From Spirochaetales bacterium (lineage in GTDB: Bacteria; Spirochaetota; Spirochaetia; UBA9216), in the NCBI GenBank assembly GCA_016839055.1, contig JAEKNX010000014.1, forward strand, positions 68,051 to 132,050: 64,000 bases of DNA, read 5' to 3'. Below, piece by piece: positions 59,371-64,000 of the stretch. Under the pieces are notes generated by a model. The model searched no databases. It saw only the letters and a list, made by a program, of their open reading frames with translations, and was not told the origin of the DNA. The stretch's first letter is position 1; each line of letters opens with the position of its first letter. Both the position numbers and the translations under genes were made by a program.

Positions 59371-59737
59371 GAGTAATTTCTTTGCTCGCGAGAAAGACCC
59401 TCAGATGCTCTCTGTTCACCGGCTTCTCAAGATAACCGTCATAATCAATTGCGGCAAGCCGCTTTCGAAAAACCTTCTGGGGGTAGGCAGAGATGAAAAA
59501 CACCTTAGTATCCGGATACTCCGCTTTTATTGCCACGCAGGCATCGAGACCGTCTTCCTTTGTGGCCATGTTTATATCCAGGAAGGCTACTTCAGGTCTC
59601 AGTTCCCGTACGGCATTGAGTGCTTCAGCACCATTTTGAGCCTCAAACTGAATATCCAAGCCGAAGGAGGACAAGGTCATGGAGAGAAATAATCGTAGTA
59701 TGCTTTCATCTTCTGCAATAATCGCTCTGGTTCTCAC
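59360..59737 (-). CDS. Single-domain response regulator (CheY-like receiver).
   Basis: Motif IIAEDE, a phospho-acceptor D in FLDINM, and a conserved K near the C-terminus. No output domain. Confidence 0.6.
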   Translation of the reverse strand: MRTRAIIAEDESILRLFLSMTLSSFGLDIQFEAQNGAEALNAVRELRPEVAFLDINMATKEDGLDACVAIKAEYPDTKVFFISAYPQKVFRKRLAAIDYDGYLEKPVNREHLRVFLASKEITLIV

Positions 59738-59821
59738 TATCCTTAAGTCTACTATAGACCAATCCCCTTTTCAAGAAAACAATCGATTCTTTATTACTAT
59801 TCGAAAAGTCGAGGCGCTATC

Positions 59822-61408
59822 TCAGGCTGAGTATCGTGAAATCAGCTCAAACACCCGAGCACTGCCTATGGAATAGAGAAAACTCGCCAGACGAGGTCCT
59901 TTTTCCTTTCCGATTAACGCACGATATACAACCGGGAAGAAATCGCCGGACTCGAGGCCATTCTCTTCCGCCGCAGCATAGATATTAGTGCTGAACTCTT
60001 TCTCGTCAAGTATATCCATCTTTGCTTTTACGGCATCAGCGAGCATCGAAAGAGCCGATGCTTCGGCGGCGCTAACCTCAATCAGTGGATCATCGGAAGT
60101 CTTGATGGAAAATCTGAAATCTTCAGGCGCGAAGGTCTGGACCCAGGCCCAGGCACATTCGGCCCGCTGTCTAAACCGGGGAATCTGATCTTCTTCAACA
60201 TCACCGAGATTCTCGATAACCTTGTCAATATCACCGGACTGAATCTGAAGAAGGTTGCAGAGATGACGAATCTGTATTTGGTACGGCATGCTCTCTTCTG
60301 GCCTATCTACTTGAGAAAGCTCATAGATACGGGCCTGCTTTTCCCATTTCTTCAATGCCTTCTCGGAATCGGGCTTATTGTAAAACGCCCGTTCACATTT
60401 ATCATAATCCTCATAGATCTTAAGGACATCTAGGTCGAAGGATATTGCAAACTCAGTATTGGGACGGGTTCCTGCGAACATATACCTTACAACTTCCGGC
60501 TGATAAACCTCAAGAACATCGGGCAGGCTGACAACCTCTCCGGAGGAGGACGAAATCTTGCCGCCCCTCCCCTTTATCCTGATAAAGTCGTACTGAAAAG
60601 AAACTGGAGGCGTTCCGTCGAAGATCTTCTCTACTACCATCTCGGCAGTATCAAAGGATCCTCCTTCTGAATGATGATCCTTTCCTGCTGGTTCGAAATC
60701 GACCCCCTCTTCCTTCCATCTCATCGGCCAGTCAATCCGCCATGGCAGCTTCACGGCTCCGGTTTCACGAAGGTCGAGACTCTCCTTATTGCCGCAGGAT
60801 GCGCAGCTGTATTCCACATGCCATTCACCATCCCAGTTTTCTACCTTGGTCGTGTCACGATGGCACTTCGTACAGAATACGCTGACTGGCATCCAGTCAG
60901 CGGAGAGCGGCTGGGTTCTATGCTCATCAAGGATGGCCCTGATAGTATCTTTTTTCTCCAAGGCAGTTCTCATTCCCTGAGCATAACGGCCGGATCTGTA
61001 TTCACTAGCCTGATAGATGTACTCGGGAAAAACACCGACGAGGGGCAGAAGAGCTTCAAGCCTCTTCTCATTGGCCCTCGCGTAACTCTCCTCATTACCC
61101 AGGACATCGGGAACGAGGGTGATGGGCTGCCTGAGGAATTGTGCGAGCTTCTCCTGCTCGGGCATATTGGCCGGAACCTTACGAAAAACATCATACTCAT
61201 CCCATGAATAGATAAACTTCGCGTTAAGCCCCTTTTCTTTTAAAGCCCTCACGACGAGTTCTACCGAAATAATCTCGCGAAAATTCCCGATGTGTACCGT
61301 ACCCGATGGGGTTATTCCGGACGCGCAGACGTAAACGTCCTTCTCACCCTTCTCTCTTACAATCTTGTCAGCCGTCAGATCGGCCCAATGTGTTGATTTA
61401 GCTACCAT
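59822..61408 (-). CDS. lysK: Lysine--tRNA ligase, class I type.
   Basis: HIGH motif (TVHIGNFRE) and a class I architecture unrelated to LysS. Class I LysRS is characteristic of spirochetes and archaea. Confidence 0.85.
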   Translation of the reverse strand: MVAKSTHWADLTADKIVREKGEKDVYVCASGITPSGTVHIGNFREIISVELVVRALKEKGLNAKFIYSWDEYDVFRKVPANMPEQEKLAQFLRQPITLVPDVLGNEESYARANEKRLEALLPLVGVFPEYIYQASEYRSGRYAQGMRTALEKKDTIRAILDEHRTQPLSADWMPVSVFCTKCHRDTTKVENWDGEWHVEYSCASCGNKESLDLRETGAVKLPWRIDWPMRWKEEGVDFEPAGKDHHSEGGSFDTAEMVVEKIFDGTPPVSFQYDFIRIKGRGGKISSSSGEVVSLPDVLEVYQPEVVRYMFAGTRPNTEFAISFDLDVLKIYEDYDKCERAFYNKPDSEKALKKWEKQARIYELSQVDRPEESMPYQIQIRHLCNLLQIQSGDIDKVIENLGDVEEDQIPRFRQRAECAWAWVQTFAPEDFRFSIKTSDDPLIEVSAAEASALSMLADAVKAKMDILDEKEFSTNIYAAAEENGLESGDFFPVVYRALIGKEKGPRLASFLYSIGSARVFELISRYSA

Positions 61409-61593
61409 AGTAGAGGGATTATATATATTGTAATTAAAAATATCAACTGCGGGGAAATGACTTTTGAAGATGAAGCTATCTGAAGCGAATATATATGGGA
61501 ATCTTCACCTCTGCACTTTACCTACATGTAATGAAGGTAAAAATGAAATATTGTATTCTTAATTTCCCCTGGAGCTTCTGCCGATAAAGAAGC

Positions 61594-62232
61594 ATGAATA
61601 ATTCCGCCAAATTGATAATTGCCATTATAGTTTTAACTCTCACATCCAGCCTCGTTTTTGCCTTTGAATCGGGACAGGCTTCATGGTACGGCGGAAAATT
61701 CCAGGGACGCAAGACTGCAAACGGTGAAATATTCGATACAAACAAGCTTACCGCGGCACACAAGACCCTTCCCTTCAATACCATGGTCCGGGTAACAAAC
61801 CTTAAAAACGACCGCTTTGTCGATGTCAGAATAAATGACAGAGGGCCCTTTGTCGAGGGACGAGTAATAGACCTCTCCAGGGCGGCGGCTGACAAGATAG
61901 ACATGACCCTCAGCGGACTTGCTGTAGTAAAAATTGATATCATTTCGCTTCCAAACGGCCAGATCGAAGCGGCACTGACTAAAACAGTGGAAGTTAATCC
62001 GGAAGGTATCCCCGACAGTTATAAAATACAGGTAGCCTCTTTTTCAAAGGCCGATAACGCAAAACTTTGTCTTGCCAGGCTTAAGAACGGAGGCCTATTA
62101 GCAAAGCTCGAGATTGCCGATTCAGGCATGATAAGGGTGGTAATCCCAGTAGTAATAGAAAAAGAGATTAGCGATATAAAGGACAGGCTCGGCCGTCTTG
62201 GATTTTCATCACCGCTTGTAAGGCATAATTAA
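61594..62232 (+). CDS. rlpA: Septal ring lytic transglycosylase RlpA-like protein (DPBB domain plus C-terminal SPOR domain).
   Basis: DPBB motif ASWYG...G..TA.GE.F. C-terminal SPOR-like segment YKIQVASFSKADNA. Confidence 0.75.
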   Translation: MNNSAKLIIAIIVLTLTSSLVFAFESGQASWYGGKFQGRKTANGEIFDTNKLTAAHKTLPFNTMVRVTNLKNDRFVDVRINDRGPFVEGRVIDLSRAAADKIDMTLSGLAVVKIDIISLPNGQIEAALTKTVEVNPEGIPDSYKIQVASFSKADNAKLCLARLKNGGLLAKLEIADSGMIRVVIPVVIEKEISDIKDRLGRLGFSSPLVRHN

Positions 62233-62383
62233 GTAGCAGACCAGAACTAACTGAATTCGCCCTCGGTTAAGGGCTGATATACTGACATAAATCTTCTTTT
62301 ATGATAGATTACCCCTGTTTGAAATTAAATTTCGTACTTTAGTCTGAATCTATATTAACTTATTTGTATATAAAGGTGTTTTT

Positions 62384-64000
62384 ATGCAGAATCTAGGAAT
62401 TAACATTGGATCTTCAAGCCTGAAAATTGTAATGCTTGAAGATGGAAAGGTTTCTTGGAGCAGCGTACTTCCTCATGAGGGAGACTTTGTCTCCACCTTA
62501 AAGAAATCTTTGGCAGGGAAAGAAATCTCTTCCGAAGCCATGGCCATAGTCACAGGGACTGAAGGCCGATATCTTTTCAATATAAGCAGTACTATTGAGA
62601 CTGTTTGTATTGAAAGCGCTCTGAATCACATGGATCTCAATGTTGGGGCAGTTGTCAGTATGGGAGGAGAAGATCTTACCGTCTATACGATAGATGAGAA
62701 CAATAAGATCCTCAACAACTTTACCGGCAGCAAGTGTGCCTCCGGTACAGGTGAATTCTTCAAACAACAGCTTGGCCGAATGGACATGGTTCTCGATGAT
62801 GTAAAGAATGTCGATCCGAATGCGACCGTAATGCCGCTTTCAGCCCGATGTTCAGTCTTCATGAAGTCTGACTGTACCCACCGGCTCAATAAGAGAGAAG
62901 CCACAAAGGACGATATTGTTCTCTCCCTGAGTGATGTTATGGCTACAAAGGTCGTAGACTTCCTCAACAGGGCGAGAATCAAGACCGGAAAAGTTCTTCT
63001 GGCAGGCGGAATTACTCTCAACGAGCATATTGTAAGGTTCATCAGGGCAAAAGCTCCAGATATTGAATTCGTTGTCCCCGAAGAAGCATCATATTTTGAA
63101 GCTTACGGGGCAGCCCACCTTGCAGAGGCAAACGGAAGCAAAATGCTCGGAATTGAGAAACTGCTCAAAGAATATGACATCAAGTTTCCCCGCTATGCAA
63201 AACTCAGCAATTATACGGACAAGGTCACCTACTTCAGTTCCGATGTCGGAAAAGTTGAAGCCGGGAAAGAATACGTCCTTGGTGTTGATGGTGGATCAAC
63301 GACTACAAAAGCCTGTCTCATTGATATTGAAACTGACCAGATTGTCGCTCAGCATTACGGACGAACCCATGGAGATCCGGTCAAGGCCCTCAGGGGCTGT
63401 ATTGTAGAACTACAGAAGAAAATTAAAGAAGATATCGGTGATGAAAAGATTAAAATCAGTCTTGCCTCAACAACCGGATCTTCCCGTGAAATCCTCGGAG
63501 TTTTTCTTGAAACTTCGGGTGTATATAACGAAATCATTGCCCACGCATACGGAACAACCTATTTCAGTGATGATGTAGACACCATCTTCGAGATAGGCGG
63601 ACAAGACGCAAAGTATGTGCTGCTTAACCATAAGGTGCCTATCGATTACGCGATGAATGAAGCATGTTCGGCCGGTACGGGTTCCTTTCTTGAAGAATCC
63701 GCATCAGGCGATCTGAATATTAAAAGTGCCGCCGAAATTGGTGACATCGCGATGGAAGCTGATCAGCCGTTGAAATTCGGAGAGCATTGCTCGGCCTTTA
63801 TCAACTCGGACATCAGAAAGGCCATCCAGCAGGGCGCTGAAAGAAAAGATATTGCTGCCGGTATTGCTACCTCAATTGTATCAAACTACCTTAACAGGGT
63901 TGTAGGAAACAGAACAATCGGCAACAAGATTTTTCTCCAGGGCGGTGTTGCAAAGAATAAAGCCATTCCTCTGGCGTTTGCAATGATGGTTGGAAAACAG
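62384..64000 (+). CDS. Acyl-CoA dehydratase activase / CoA-substrate-specific enzyme activase (tandem BadF/BadG/BcrA/BcrD ATPase domains). Partial: it runs off the window end.
   Basis: Two ASKHA-fold repeats (LGINIGSSSLK... and VLGVDGGSTTTK...). Cys pairs for the bridging [4Fe-4S]. No stop before 64000, so it is absent from the ORF track. Confidence 0.7.
   Translation, partial: MQNLGINIGSSSLKIVMLEDGKVSWSSVLPHEGDFVSTLKKSLAGKEISSEAMAIVTGTEGRYLFNISSTIETVCIESALNHMDLNVGAVVSMGGEDLTVYTIDENNKILNNFTGSKCASGTGEFFKQQLGRMDMVLDDVKNVDPNATVMPLSARCSVFMKSDCTHRLNKREATKDDIVLSLSDVMATKVVDFLNRARIKTGKVLLAGGITLNEHIVRFIRAKAPDIEFVVPEEASYFEAYGAAHLAEANGSKMLGIEKLLKEYDIKFPRYAKLSNYTDKVTYFSSDVGKVEAGKEYVLGVDGGSTTTKACLIDIETDQIVAQHYGRTHGDPVKALRGCIVELQKKIKEDIGDEKIKISLASTTGSSREILGVFLETSGVYNEIIAHAYGTTYFSDDVDTIFEIGGQDAKYVLLNHKVPIDYAMNEACSAGTGSFLEESASGDLNIKSAAEIGDIAMEADQPLKFGEHCSAFINSDIRKAIQQGAERKDIAAGIATSIVSNYLNRVVGNRTIGNKIFLQGGVAKNKAIPLAFAMMVGKQ

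Noticed and set aside
1-64000. Search for CRISPR repeats, IS/transposase genes, integrases and rRNA/tRNA genes.
   Set aside because: No regularly spaced direct repeats, no transposase or integrase-like ORFs, and no tRNA cloverleaf were found. The region looks like core chromosome.

Overview
The window reads as a chromosomal segment from an anaerobic, spirochete-like bacterium at about 50% GC. That call rests on a class I lysyl-tRNA synthetase, a rubrerythrin/desulfoferrodoxin/rubredoxin set, Nqr, a Rex-associated bifurcating [FeFe] hydrogenase and many lipoproteins, and it is tentative. No rRNA, tRNA, CRISPR array or mobile element was seen. Most genes sit in tightly overlapping operons.

In order along the window:
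- 3..6023 (-): a giant secreted protein gene. It runs off the 5' window edge, so the ORF track misses it. I translated more than 2000 codons by hand with no stop; frame continuity with the start codon was checked at about 3060 and at 59..2, and the rest was read less carefully.
- 6297..19161 (+): an eight-gene, translationally coupled efflux operon. Its order is TPR protein, lipoprotein, TolC-like channel, membrane-fusion adaptor, two paralogous Ig-like (Big_5-type) lipoproteins, then two tandem AcrB-like RND pumps. An XylR/AraC-type regulator lies convergent at its end.
- 20326..22952 (+): a nucleotide-sugar trio made of a GDP-mannose 3,5-epimerase-like protein, a degenerate GHMP-kinase-like protein and a tandem cytidylyltransferase-fold protein.
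- 23070..26934 (+): a CHASE2 adenylate cyclase and a FecR/OmpA protein.
- 27681..29360 (-): an IspH protein fused to a HAD-IIA phosphatase.
- 33306..36659 (-): an oxidative-stress unit, ordered HTH-HisKA_2 kinase, TIGR02757-like protein, rubrerythrin, desulfoferrodoxin, and a 53-aa rubredoxin that the ORF track does not list.
- 36738..41123 (-): an nqrB-C-D-E-F operon with no nqrA, followed by an extra 152-aa ORF.
- 41544..45753 (+): a DRTGG / CBS+GHKL-ATPase / DRTGG / PHP regulatory module and a PAS histidine kinase.
- 45843..50881 (-): a five-gene bifurcating [FeFe] hydrogenase operon (hydC, HK-like ATPase, 2Fe-2S ferredoxin, hydB, hydA). Divergent rex lies upstream, with candidate Rex operators between them.
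- 51774..64000: housekeeping genes (purC, clpP, era, a PilZ protein, DD-carboxypeptidase, lysK, rlpA) and a partial acyl-CoA dehydratase activase.

The ORF track lists each ORF at its longest extent and translates GTG starts as M; this was verified for the desulfoferrodoxin ORF, whose first codon at 33897..33899 is GTG. I trimmed several starts to ATG codons with ribosome-binding sites.
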